A stretch of DNA of 51,528 nucleotides from an uncultured Actinomycetes bacterium (GTDB lineage Bacteria; Actinomycetota; Actinomycetes; Nanopelagicales; Nanopelagicaceae): the NCBI GenBank assembly GCA_903898555.1, contig CAIUFY010000064.1:1-51528 (forward strand), given 5' to 3'. The notes under the pieces were generated by a model. That model made no database searches. It was not told where the DNA came from and saw nothing but the letters and a program-made list of their open reading frames with translations. The translations under genes were made by a program, and so were the position numbers. Positions 36,919-46,078 of this stretch are shown in pieces (the stretch's first letter is position 1; the number at the start of each line of letters is the position of its first letter).

Positions 36919-38678
36919 GAAGAGATATCCAAGCGTTGCGAGGTTTTTCAATACTTGTAGTGCTTCTTTACCACGCCCAGTTTGGCTGGTTGCGAGGCGG
37001 TTTTCTCGGCGTTGATATCTTTTTTGTGATTTCAGGATTTGTGATTACCTCCAAGCTGATGGAAGGTGAAGGAACTTTCGGCAAGCAAATCAAGGAATTT
37101 TACATTCGACGAGCAAAACGTATTTTGCCGGCCAGTCTCACAGTCACACTCCTTACATCAATCTTTGCAATTTTGTTCTTGCCTGCGATATCTCGAAGCA
37201 GGTTCTCCTTGGAGGCGCTTTCTTCTGCTCTATTTTCGGCGAATCTCAATTTTGCCCGTGTTGGAAATGACTACCTTAATCAGTCACTTGATCCATCCCC
37301 TTTTCTGCATTATTGGTCACTTGGCGTTGAAGAGCAGTTTTATTTGCTCTGGCCAGTGCTTTTTCTTTTAATTTATCGAAAAAAGCGCGCCCTTTTACTT
37401 CCGACCCTTCTCCTAACCGCGGCTTTTGGAATTTGGTATACCTCCATCAACCCAGTTAGTTCTTTCTATCTGCCTTTCTCTAGATTTTGGGAGTTCTTTG
37501 CTGGCATTATTTTGGCAATGAATCCACAGTTATATCTTTCTGCGCGCTTTCGTAAACTTGGCGCTCTTGTGGGTTGGGGAATTATCACTTTCTCCGTATT
37601 CTGGGTCAGCGTAAATGACGCCACTCCTGGCTTTAAGACCGTGATTGCAATCGTTGGAGCAATGGTGGTTTTGCTTTCCCGCGTGGAGGTTAAACCTCAA
37701 TTCGTACTGCCTTGGCTCGGGGACTACTCTTTCTCGCTTTATTTAGTGCATTGGCCGGTAGTTGTTTTCTTTTTGGATAGAAATAGCAGACTAAGCGGAA
37801 TAAACAAGATGGAAATCATCGCTTTATCGCTACTCCTCTCGCTGGCACTTACTCGTTTTGTGGAAAAGCCATTCAGATATCGGAAGAATTTATCTCTATC
37901 ACTTCCAAAGTGGGGAGTTGTGATCCTTGTTGGAAGTTTCTTGAGCTATGGAGCTCTCGCCGCAAGTGCGACGTCATCTGTTAAGTTCGATAAATCCGTT
38001 CCAGCAACGTATTCAAATGGATGTCATCTGAATTTTGGGGTGGCCTGGCCGACAAAGCCATGCATATTTGGTGATTCGACTAGTTCCAAGGAAATTATTC
38101 TCGCAGGAGATTCTCACGCGGCTCAATGGTTTCCGGCACTTGAGAAGATTGCAATAAGTCGCCACTTGAAATTAGTTAATCTGACAAAGTCTTCATGCCC
38201 AGCCACAATTCTTGAAACTACAAGAAACGGAAAATTCGATTCATCTTGTGCGATTTTTCAAATTAAATTGGTAACAAGAATTAATCTAGATAAACCCGAG
38301 TTTGTCTTTTTCTCAGATTTTACGGAGTATCAGTACCCACTTCGCAAACAAATTGGAAGTTACGAAAAATCTTGGACTTCAGGTCTCTCGACATTCCTTA
38401 ATCAAATTTCAGCACCTGTTATTTTCTTAGGTGATACGCCAAAGCCAACAAGTGCTATGAAGAGCTTCTCTGTTGCTAGATCAGCCACAACTTTGGCAAC
38501 TCGCGCACTTATAAAGAAGCTTGGAATCGCGTATATCGATACATCGTCTTGGCTCTGCAAAACAACCTGTTCCTCAACGTTTATGGGCGTGAATACATAC
38601 CGGGATGCTTCTCATATCAGCGTTTCTACCGCTGATAATTTGGTGAAAACTCTCGAAGCGGCGGTTCCATTTCCATGA
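36915..38678 (+). CDS. Acyltransferase-3 (OafA-like) membrane O-acyltransferase with C-terminal SGNH-like domain
   Basis: MRRDIQALRGFSILVVLLYHA and HYWSLGVEEQFYLLWP are AT3 motifs. About 10 TM segments, then a roughly 230-aa extracytoplasmic domain (ILAGDSHAAQW). ATGA overlaps at both ends. Confidence 0.85.
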   Translation: MRRDIQALRGFSILVVLLYHAQFGWLRGGFLGVDIFFVISGFVITSKLMEGEGTFGKQIKEFYIRRAKRILPASLTVTLLTSIFAILFLPAISRSRFSLEALSSALFSANLNFARVGNDYLNQSLDPSPFLHYWSLGVEEQFYLLWPVLFLLIYRKKRALLLPTLLLTAAFGIWYTSINPVSSFYLPFSRFWEFFAGIILAMNPQLYLSARFRKLGALVGWGIITFSVFWVSVNDATPGFKTVIAIVGAMVVLLSRVEVKPQFVLPWLGDYSFSLYLVHWPVVVFFLDRNSRLSGINKMEIIALSLLLSLALTRFVEKPFRYRKNLSLSLPKWGVVILVGSFLSYGALAASATSSVKFDKSVPATYSNGCHLNFGVAWPTKPCIFGDSTSSKEIILAGDSHAAQWFPALEKIAISRHLKLVNLTKSSCPATILETTRNGKFDSSCAIFQIKLVTRINLDKPEFVFFSDFTEYQYPLRKQIGSYEKSWTSGLSTFLNQISAPVIFLGDTPKPTSAMKSFSVARSATTLATRALIKKLGIAYIDTSSWLCKTTCSSTFMGVNTYRDASHISVSTADNLVKTLEAAVPFP

Positions 38679-39826
38679 CTTCACAAAATAATTTTGATGC
38701 AATCGTCATTGGCGCAGGAATAGTGGGAGCAACGACTTCCTTGGCGCTGACAAAAGCGGGTCTTCGAGTCTTGGTGCTTGATCGCGGCCCTGTCGCTGGA
38801 GGCACAACCGGAGCGGGTGAAGGAAATATTCTCGTCTCAGATAAAGAGCCTGGGCCTGAATTGGAATTGGCTCTCATGTCTCGAGATTTATGGTTTGAAC
38901 TCGGTGATGATGTTGGGGATTCTTTCGAGTTAGAAGCAAAAGGTGGAGTTGTTGTATCTCGAGGCGACGACACTGCTCTACGCGATTTTGCGAAAAGACA
39001 GCAATCTGCAGGTGTTAATGCCCAGTTAGTTGACGGTAACGAACTAAGGAAGCTTGAGCCGCATTTAGCCCCAGGAATGAATTCTGGAGCCTTCTATCCC
39101 CAGGATTCGCAGTGCCAGCCAATGCTTGCCGCTGCTCAGATTCTAAAGCGAGTGCGCGAACGCGGTGGGATTGTTAAAACCGGGACAATGGTGACTAAGT
39201 TTGTGATTGTTTCGAATCGAGTCAAGGGTGTTGAAACTTCCGAAGGCATATTTAACGCCCCAACCATTGTGAATGCAGCAGGAACATGGGCAGGGGAGAT
39301 ATCAAAACTTGCTGGCTCATTCCTGCCGATTGCACCCAGAAAAGGTTTTATTTTAGTAACAGCTCCTATGCCACAAATAATCAACCACAAAGTTTATGAT
39401 TCAGATTATGTTGCGAACGTTGCAAGCGGTGAAGCCGATCTTCAGACATCTACTGTCGTTGAGGGCACTCGATCTGGAACTATTTTGATAGGCGCAAGCC
39501 GCGAGAGGGTCGGATTCGACGGAAGTATGAACATCGATGTTCTCCGCCGCCTAGCTGCGCAAGCAACATCTCTCTTTCCAATACTTCGAGATGTGCAACT
39601 TCTGCGGGCTTATCGCGGATTTAGACCTTACGCGCCGGACCATCTTCCTGTCATCGGTGAAGATTCCCTTATTGCAGGACTCTGGCATTCTGCTGGACAT
39701 GAGGGTGCTGGCATAGGTTTAGCACCGGGAAGTGCCCGTCTGCTTACCGAGCAAATTACAGGCAGATCCTCATTCATGGATGCTTCTCCATTTTCACCGC
39801 GTCGTTTTCAAGGCGGTTCTGCATGA
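38675..39826 (+). CDS. FAD-dependent DAO-family oxidoreductase (beta-like subunit of a heteromeric D-hydroxyproline/opine-type dehydrogenase)
   Basis: FDAIVIGAGIVGATTSLALTKAGLRVLVLDRG Rossmann motif, and GHEGAGIGLAPGS near the C-terminus. HcnC/LhpB/SoxB-like. The function is inferred from the operon. Confidence 0.75.
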   Translation: MTSQNNFDAIVIGAGIVGATTSLALTKAGLRVLVLDRGPVAGGTTGAGEGNILVSDKEPGPELELALMSRDLWFELGDDVGDSFELEAKGGVVVSRGDDTALRDFAKRQQSAGVNAQLVDGNELRKLEPHLAPGMNSGAFYPQDSQCQPMLAAAQILKRVRERGGIVKTGTMVTKFVIVSNRVKGVETSEGIFNAPTIVNAAGTWAGEISKLAGSFLPIAPRKGFILVTAPMPQIINHKVYDSDYVANVASGEADLQTSTVVEGTRSGTILIGASRERVGFDGSMNIDVLRRLAAQATSLFPILRDVQLLRAYRGFRPYAPDHLPVIGEDSLIAGLWHSAGHEGAGIGLAPGSARLLTEQITGRSSFMDASPFSPRRFQGGSA

Positions 39827-40077
39827 AGCGTCCAGAAAAGTCTTTAGCTTTTACATTTAATGGAGTACGAATCGAAGCGATTGAAGGGCAAACAATTGCC
39901 GCCGCTCTCCTTGCCTCCGAGATAAACGTTTTAAGAAAAACGCGATTAAAGAATGAACCAAGATCTATCTTTTGCGGAATTGGAATTTGCTGGGATTGCG
40001 TTGTCACGGTGAATGGTGTTACAAACCAGCGCTCATGTCTCATTGAGGTTGTCGAAGGAATGGTTGTGAGCTCATGA
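39823..40077 (+). CDS. Small (2Fe-2S)-binding subunit (HcnA/SoxA N-terminal type)
   Basis: 84 aa. FTFNGVRIEAIEGQTIAAALL...FCGIGICWDCVVTVNG...SCL. ATGA overlaps on both sides. Confidence 0.75.
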   Translation: MKRPEKSLAFTFNGVRIEAIEGQTIAAALLASEINVLRKTRLKNEPRSIFCGIGICWDCVVTVNGVTNQRSCLIEVVEGMVVSS

Positions 40078-41378
40078 TTGCAATCGTTGGAGCCGGGCCT
40101 GCCGGACTTTCTGCCGCTGTTGCCGCAGCAAAGCTCGGCCAACAAGTTATTTTGATTGATTCCTCCCCCCGGCTAGGTGGTCAGTACTGGCGCCACTTAC
40201 CCAGCAATTGGGGAGTAGGAAGACCGCCATATTTTGCAAAAGCCCAAGAACTCTTCGATGAAGTCTTATCTAATCCGCTGATTACGCGTTTCTCCAACGC
40301 ACATGTCTGGCAAGCCGAGAAGAAGGCCGAGCAATTCAACCTTTACGTTGTACGAAATGGTGTCGAGGAAATCGTTAAAGCCGAGAAAGTTATTTTGGCG
40401 ACTGGCGCATACGACCGCGCCCTTCCATTTCCTGGGTGGGATTTGCCTGGAGTTATGACGGCTGGCGCAGCACAATCAATGCTGAAGTCCCATGGCGTTC
40501 TTGTTGGAAAGAAGTTTGTTATTGCAGGAACGGGGCCATTTCTGTTGCCAGTAGCTACGGGACTCGCGGCGGCTGGGGCCGAAGTTGTTGGTTTATACGA
40601 GGCCAATAATCCGCTTCGATGGATTTTGAATCTACACGGTTTGATTTTGAATCCATCAAAAATTCGAGAAGGTATATATTTCTTGAAGAAACTTCGTAGT
40701 CTGGGAATAAAAGTTCATTACGGAAAAGAAATTCAATCCGCCGTTTCTGATGGAGTACTTGTTGATGGCAAAAAAATTGAATGTGACACCGTAGCAATTG
40801 GATCTGGATTTGTTCCCGAGCTTTCTCTCGCAGGGATTCTTGGCGCAAAATTGAAAGTGGGAGCAGATGGAACTGTTGTCGTAGATGTTGATCAAAACCA
40901 GCAGACAAGCATCCCTGGACTTTATGCAGCGGGGGAGTCGACTGGAATCGGTGGTTCATCCCTTGCAGTGCTAGAAGGAGAAATCGCTGGTTCAACGAGA
41001 AAAGGGAAAAGACTTGCTCGTTGGAGAGCACAAGTTTTTGCGACGGGACTACAACGCGTGTATCCCGTTTCAAATAAATGGCAGTCCGCCTTAACTCCCC
41101 AAACAATTCTTTGCCGGTGTGAAGAAGTTTCACTCGCCGATATTCATGGGGCAATTGATGAACTTGGTGCGCAAGACGGTCGTTCAGCAAAGCTCTTTAC
41201 TCGAGCCGGGATGGGGCTTTGCCAAGGCCGAGTCTGCGGGCGAAATGTAAGTGAAATTGTGGCCTGTCACTTGTCCCGCGATCTCACTGCTGAGGAGCGA
41301 ATTAACACGGCACAGCGCCCATTAGCTGCCCCCATCTCATTAGGTGAACTGGGCGATGGATTAGAGAAGAACTTCTAG
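40074..41378 (+). CDS. FAD/NAD(P)-binding oxidoreductase subunit with BFD-like [2Fe-2S] domain (HcnB/OoxA/LhpF-like)
   Basis: IAIVGAGPAGLSAAVAAAKLG, a second fold FVIAGTGPFLLPVA, GLYAAGE, and a C-terminal CRCEEV...GLCQGRVCG motif. Confidence 0.75.
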   Translation: MIAIVGAGPAGLSAAVAAAKLGQQVILIDSSPRLGGQYWRHLPSNWGVGRPPYFAKAQELFDEVLSNPLITRFSNAHVWQAEKKAEQFNLYVVRNGVEEIVKAEKVILATGAYDRALPFPGWDLPGVMTAGAAQSMLKSHGVLVGKKFVIAGTGPFLLPVATGLAAAGAEVVGLYEANNPLRWILNLHGLILNPSKIREGIYFLKKLRSLGIKVHYGKEIQSAVSDGVLVDGKKIECDTVAIGSGFVPELSLAGILGAKLKVGADGTVVVDVDQNQQTSIPGLYAAGESTGIGGSSLAVLEGEIAGSTRKGKRLARWRAQVFATGLQRVYPVSNKWQSALTPQTILCRCEEVSLADIHGAIDELGAQDGRSAKLFTRAGMGLCQGRVCGRNVSEIVACHLSRDLTAEERINTAQRPLAAPISLGELGDGLEKNF

Positions 41379-41391
41379 TTATTGTTTGGGA

Positions 41392-42294
41392 ATGACAAAC
41401 TCGGGAAATAATCCATGGAACGGCATCCTTACAGCCACAGCAACACCATTCAAGAGTGATCTTTCTATTGATTACGATAAATATGCAGAACATGTGCAAT
41501 GGCTAGCTGCAAATGGCACACATGGCGTTATTCCAAACGGTTCACTCGGTGAGTACCAAGTTCTTACGGCTGAAGAACGCGCTCGTATGGTCGAAGTTGC
41601 TGTTGCTGCTGCACCTAAAGGATTCCACGTTGTCCCAGGAGTAGGCGCATATGGTGCAGGAGAGTCTGTTCGTTGGACTGAGCAAGCGGCGGAAAATGGT
41701 GCTGCTGCGGTTATGTTGCTTCCACCAAATGCTTATCGTGCAAATGACGATGAAGTTGTTGCTCACTACAAAGAGGTCGCAAAAGTAGGAATTCCAATTA
41801 TTGCCTACAACAATCCATTCGACACAAAAGTTGATTTAACACCCGCCCTCGTTGGTCGAATTGCCAATGAAGTTCCTGGAGTAGTTGCAATCAAGGAATT
41901 TTCTGGCGACGTCCGTCGAATCTGGCAGATTAAGAAATCTGCTCCACGAATCGATGTGATTGTTGGAGCTGATGATGTTCTTCTCGAACTTTCAACAGCG
42001 GGAATTAGCGGATGGATTGCAGGATTTCCGAATGCACTTCCAGCTGAATCAGCAGCGCTTTATAACGCTGCAATTGCCGGAGATTACAAAACTGCTGCAC
42101 CGATGTATGCAGCCCTGCACGATCTCTTCCATTGGGATTCGCAGAAGGAATTTATTCAAGCAATTAAGTTAGCTATGGATTTATTAGGACGTTACGGCGG
42201 ACCAACACGTTTGCCTCGCTTGCCTCTTCCTGCTGCTGACCAAGAAAAGATAAAGCGTGAAGTTGCAGCAGTGAAGGAATACTTCGGCAAATGA
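41392..42294 (+). CDS. DapA/DHDPS-family lyase, probably pyrroline-4-hydroxy-2-carboxylate deaminase
   Basis: GILTATATPF...GTHGVIPNGSLGEY...YNNP...VAIKEFSG (Schiff-base Lys context). The function is inferred from hydroxyproline-operon context. Start reassigned to ATG 41392. Confidence 0.7.
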   Translation: MTNSGNNPWNGILTATATPFKSDLSIDYDKYAEHVQWLAANGTHGVIPNGSLGEYQVLTAEERARMVEVAVAAAPKGFHVVPGVGAYGAGESVRWTEQAAENGAAAVMLLPPNAYRANDDEVVAHYKEVAKVGIPIIAYNNPFDTKVDLTPALVGRIANEVPGVVAIKEFSGDVRRIWQIKKSAPRIDVIVGADDVLLELSTAGISGWIAGFPNALPAESAALYNAAIAGDYKTAAPMYAALHDLFHWDSQKEFIQAIKLAMDLLGRYGGPTRLPRLPLPAADQEKIKREVAAVKEYFGK

Positions 42295-43295
42295 TTGATA
42301 GCTTGCGGACCGTCACCACAGTTGAGACTCACACAGAAGGCATGCCAACGCGTGTTGTGACCTCTGGTGTTGGTGACATCCCTGGCAAAACGATGTTCGA
42401 AAAGCGCCTGTATTTCATGAAGAATTTGGATTACCTACGCGAATGGTTGATGTTTGAACCTCGAGGTCATAGCGCAATGAGTGGTGCGATACTTCAAAAG
42501 CCGACCCGTCCCGATGCTGATTGGGGAGTTGTCTACATTGAGGTTTCAGGGTGTCTTCCAATGTGTGGGCACGGAACAATTGGTGTTGCCACAGCGTTAG
42601 TTGAAAAGAAAATGGTGGAGGTCGTTGAGCCAATAACGACAATTCGCTTGGATACGCCGGCAGGGTTAGTTGTCGTAGATGTAAAAGTTAAGGATGGCAA
42701 GGCTGAGAATGTCACCATTATTAACGTTCCTTCATTTTCCTATGCTCTAGATCAAGTAGTTAATGTTCCGGGTCTCGGGGAATTGAAATATGACATGGCC
42801 TATGGTGGAAATTTCTACGCAATCGTCCCAATCGAACGAGTCGGTATTGAATTTAAACGCGAGAATGGTCAAAAACTTCTTGACCTTGGCCTGCTAATTT
42901 GTGATGCAATAAATGAACAAAATCGGCCGGTACATCCAGAAAATCCAGATATTGCCATCTGTCACCATATTGATTTCATCGCACCTGGTGGTAATTCACT
43001 TCATTGGAAGAATGCGATGGCTATTCATCCAGGTTGGTTCGATCGTTCGCCATGTGGAACAGGAACAAGTGCGCGCCTTGCTCAGATGGTTGCTCGTGGT
43101 GAATTTAAAGAGGGTGATGTACTCATAAATGAGTCGTGGATTGGATCGCACTTTGAAGGAAGAATTGCAGAGCGGACAAAAGTTGGAAATTTCGATGCAG
43201 TCATTCCACTAATCACAGGGCGTGCCTGGGTTATGGGCGAAGCAACGTGGCTATTGGATCCAACAGATCCATTTCCAAATGGATTTATTGTTTAG
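42291..43295 (+). CDS. Proline racemase-family enzyme, Cys/Cys type (4-hydroxyproline 2-epimerase)
   Basis: EPRGHSAMSGA. The first catalytic Cys is in LPMCGHGTIG and the second in DRSPCGTGTSAR. Having both Cys argues for an epimerase or racemase rather than a dehydratase subtype. Confidence 0.85.
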   Translation: MIDSLRTVTTVETHTEGMPTRVVTSGVGDIPGKTMFEKRLYFMKNLDYLREWLMFEPRGHSAMSGAILQKPTRPDADWGVVYIEVSGCLPMCGHGTIGVATALVEKKMVEVVEPITTIRLDTPAGLVVVDVKVKDGKAENVTIINVPSFSYALDQVVNVPGLGELKYDMAYGGNFYAIVPIERVGIEFKRENGQKLLDLGLLICDAINEQNRPVHPENPDIAICHHIDFIAPGGNSLHWKNAMAIHPGWFDRSPCGTGTSARLAQMVARGEFKEGDVLINESWIGSHFEGRIAERTKVGNFDAVIPLITGRAWVMGEATWLLDPTDPFPNGFIV

Positions 43296-44781
43296 TACGA
43301 ATTCCATTTACTAATCTCTCCAAGCTCAATGGATTTGAGTCCTTGAGTCCATCTGGAAGAAAAGCGTCAGGCATTCCTTGATATGAAACCGGGCGCATAA
43401 AGCGATAAATCGCATCTGTTCCGACCGAAGTTGTATGCGAGGAAGAGGAAGGCCACTGTCCGCCATGTTGCATCGCAGCAGTGACAGAAACTCCAGTAGG
43501 GAATGCGTTCCAAATTACACGACCAGCTTTTTCGGCGAGAATCGCTAGAAGCCCTTTCACATCATCATTTTCAGTTCCATGAATAGTCGCAGTGAGCTGA
43601 CCTTCAAGGGAAGAAGCTATCTCTTCAAATTTCGATTCTTCAGCGATAGCAATCACTGAAGTCGGCCCGAAATGTTCTTCAAGAAGCTCTGGATTCGCCG
43701 CGACGGTCTGCCATTCGGCGATGAAGAAGGTCGGCGTGACTGCCAATCCCGCATCCGCGGTGTTAGCGCTTATTGCCTTTACTGACCCCAACTTAGTTAG
43801 CGTTGAGATTGTTGACGAATAACGATCTGCAATTCCTTTATTGAGCAGCGGGCCAACGGTCAGAGTGCTTAGATATTTTTCTACCTCTGCCAAGAATACT
43901 TCTGCGTGAGATTTAGGAACAACAAAGAATCCAGGTTTCGTGCAGAACTGGCCAGACCCCATAAGGGCAGAATCAATTGCACCCTTAACAAGCGCTTCAT
44001 TTCGCTCGGCTATTGCAGATGGTGTGACAAATACAGGATTAATTGCGCCCATCTCTGCAAAGACTGGAATAGGCACTTCGCGTTTAGCTGTCAGTTCCAT
44101 AAGCAACTTACCAACTGCGCCAGAACCAGTGAACCCTACGGCTGTAATTTTTGGATGCTCAGCAAGCCAATGGGTTATCTGAGGATCATTTCCTTCGACA
44201 AGTGAGAAAAGTTCCTTCGGCTGGCCCGAATCTGCAATTCCCTTTTGAATGGCGGCAAAAACTGCTCTTGAGGTGTTTGGGTGAGAAGGGTGCGCCTTTA
44301 GAACAACGGCGCAACCGGCAGCAAGCGCACTTGCAGAGTCTCCACCAGCGGTCGAGAAAGCCAGTGGAAAGTTGCTTGCAGCAAAAATAGCTACCACTCG
44401 GAGCGGCTGATTTATTTTGCGAATATCAGGGCGTGGTCCCATTCCGTAAGCAGGATCGGCGCGATCAATCTTTGGATCCAAGAAGGCGCCTGAAGCGACT
44501 AATTCTGCGAATGTATTGATTTGAAAAACTGTGCGAGTGAGTTCGCCGTTAATGCGAGCCTCTGGAAGGCCAGATTCTTGCATTGCGAGGGGGACAATCT
44601 TCGCCCGGTCAGATTCGATTGCCAATGAGATATTTCGCAGTAATTGAGCGCGCTCGGCTGGCGAGAGCAGGGGAGCGTTGGCTGCTTCAATTGCGGCGGC
44701 AACTTCAGATTGTGAAGCGTTCTGGATCTCTGGTCCGAATTCTTCGGCCGTATGAGGGTTAACTGCGCGAAAAGATGTCAT
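43285..44781 (-). CDS. NAD(P)+ aldehyde dehydrogenase, probably alpha-ketoglutarate semialdehyde dehydrogenase
   Basis: ALDH superfamily: FTGSGAVG, the catalytic-Glu context FAEMGAINP, and the catalytic-Cys context SGQFCTKPG. Convergent with the epimerase gene, overlapping it by 11 nt. The substrate is inferred from context. Confidence 0.75.
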   Translation of the reverse strand: MTSFRAVNPHTAEEFGPEIQNASQSEVAAAIEAANAPLLSPAERAQLLRNISLAIESDRAKIVPLAMQESGLPEARINGELTRTVFQINTFAELVASGAFLDPKIDRADPAYGMGPRPDIRKINQPLRVVAIFAASNFPLAFSTAGGDSASALAAGCAVVLKAHPSHPNTSRAVFAAIQKGIADSGQPKELFSLVEGNDPQITHWLAEHPKITAVGFTGSGAVGKLLMELTAKREVPIPVFAEMGAINPVFVTPSAIAERNEALVKGAIDSALMGSGQFCTKPGFFVVPKSHAEVFLAEVEKYLSTLTVGPLLNKGIADRYSSTISTLTKLGSVKAISANTADAGLAVTPTFFIAEWQTVAANPELLEEHFGPTSVIAIAEESKFEEIASSLEGQLTATIHGTENDDVKGLLAILAEKAGRVIWNAFPTGVSVTAAMQHGGQWPSSSSHTTSVGTDAIYRFMRPVSYQGMPDAFLPDGLKDSNPLSLERLVNGIRTKQ

Positions 44782-44798
44782 GCGCAGAATCTAACAGG

Positions 44799-45374
44799 TC
44801 AGCCAGAGGTACTGGTTGCAGTCCTTACGTTGGCACGCGTAACAGTTACGGATATTGCATCGGAGATATTTCTATTGCCAGGGGCTCCAGCCGTGGTGGA
44901 GTGATATTGGCACTGGACTGAAATCGTGGCTAGCGGCGCCAAAGTAAAGGTCACTGCCGCTGAATTCGTTGAGGCGTTTGTATTTGTCAGCATATTTGTA
45001 AGAACTCCGGTGTTGCAGGTTCCAGTAGCACTCCACGTTCCTGCCACCGTACCACTCACCCGGCAGTAATTAAGAAGAACGGTGTATGCATTTGTACCAC
45101 TTGTCGTTGTGGTTGTCTGTCCTAAAGTGAAGGAAAGAGTTTGTAAAGTGCCCGTATTGGTAATTGTGAAGTAAGAACCTTTTGCAGCCGCCGTATCTCG
45201 AATAACCGGATTAACGGTGGTGACTGAGGGAACAACTTTCCAGGAACCTGAGCCGATCAACTGTGGAATTGAATTAGTTGCCGTGCCAACATTTGTTGCA
45301 TTAGCAAAAGCAAGGCCGAAGCAGTTGAGTATTACGACTACAACTGCTGCGGCCTTCTTTGTTCTCTTCGACAT
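44799..45374 (-). CDS. Secreted Thr/Ser/Asn-rich protein, divergent paralogue of the upstream TasA-like protein
   Basis: Signal peptide MSKRTKKAAAVVVVILNCFGLAFA|NAT. The mature N-terminus TATNSIPQLIGSGSW parallels ATNVTPQVIQSGTL of the upstream protein. There is a Cys-X17-Cys pair (YCRVSG...GTCNTG). No LPXTG motif and no C-terminal anchor. Confidence 0.6.
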   Translation of the reverse strand: MSKRTKKAAAVVVVILNCFGLAFANATNVGTATNSIPQLIGSGSWKVVPSVTTVNPVIRDTAAAKGSYFTITNTGTLQTLSFTLGQTTTTTSGTNAYTVLLNYCRVSGTVAGTWSATGTCNTGVLTNMLTNTNASTNSAAVTFTLAPLATISVQCQYHSTTAGAPGNRNISDAISVTVTRANVRTATSTSG

Positions 45375-45388
45375 GGCTACTTAACTAA

Positions 45389-46078
45389 TTAGCCGTTCGT
45401 TACTGAGGCATTGCGTTGGGTTGTACGAATCTTCCAGTTAATGCTTGCAGAAAGTCCCTGAATAGTTCCGCCAGGTAGCGTTCCATTTGTCACTGTTTCA
45501 GCAATAGATGCTGGAAGAGTGAGTGTGAATTTCAAGTAGGTAGTCGTAGAAGCTGGCACAGTGCCTGTAAACAATGTGAGTTCAACTCCTCCACCTGTTG
45601 TTGTATTCATTGTGGAAAGCGCTGTGTTTGACGCTGTGGTCGCTGTAGTTGTGCCTGAACAGGTTCCTGCAGGCATTGCCCATGCTACGGAACACTGAGT
45701 GACACTTACCGTTAATCCTTTTGATGCGCTGGTTGTCAGCAGCGTTGAGGCAGTCGCGGTGTCGTTAATAGACAAGTAGAAATTCTGCGCAGGCATTGTT
45801 CCGGTTGTCACACCAACGGCAAAGTTCAGCGTATCTCCGGGTGCCATTGCTGAAACGGTCGAAGTAAAACCACTAGATCCAGCATTCGCTGCGGTAATCA
45901 ACGACAACGTTCCTGACTGAATAACCTGAGGCGTTACATTTGTCGCAACGGCATCTAAGTTTGCGGAAGCAGCAGTAGACGCCACTGTGATTCCAACGGT
46001 GCCAACTACGGCGACAATTGTAATTTGCGCAACCGTTCTGGCGAAAAGATTCGTTGAGGTCATGAGGGACTTAAGCAT
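45389..46078 (-). CDS. Secreted TasA/camelysin-like protein (candidate fibre subunit)
   Basis: The signal peptide ends TAASA|NL. Three motifs align with B. subtilis TasA: VIQSGTLSLITAAN (TasA TFASGTLDLSAKEN), MAPGDTLNF (LKPGDKLTK) and TIQGLSASINWKIRTTQRN (KYQGNSIKLQFSFEATQWN). There is a Cys-X13-Cys pair. The start is taken at ATG 46078, which overlaps the peptidase stop (ATGCTTAA); ATG 46099 and ATG 46063 are also possible. Confidence 0.65.
   Translation of the reverse strand: MLKSLMTSTNLFARTVAQITIVAVVGTVGITVASTAASANLDAVATNVTPQVIQSGTLSLITAANAGSSGFTSTVSAMAPGDTLNFAVGVTTGTMPAQNFYLSINDTATASTLLTTSASKGLTVSVTQCSVAWAMPAGTCSGTTTATTASNTALSTMNTTTGGGVELTLFTGTVPASTTTYLKFTLTLPASIAETVTNGTLPGGTIQGLSASINWKIRTTQRNASVTNG

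Noticed and set aside
38626-38973. A 115-aa Ser/Pro-rich ORF on the minus strand spanning the acyltransferase/oxidoreductase junction.
   Set aside because: It overlaps two supported plus-strand genes that are joined by an ATGA overlap. The Pro/Ser-rich composition is a common artefact of reading a coding region backwards.
40555-41190. A 211-aa ORF antisense to the FAD/NAD oxidoreductase subunit gene.
   Set aside because: It lies wholly inside a well-supported gene on the other strand. Its sequence is low-complexity and rich in Gln, Leu, Arg and His, with no motif. Long antisense ORFs of this kind arise by chance.
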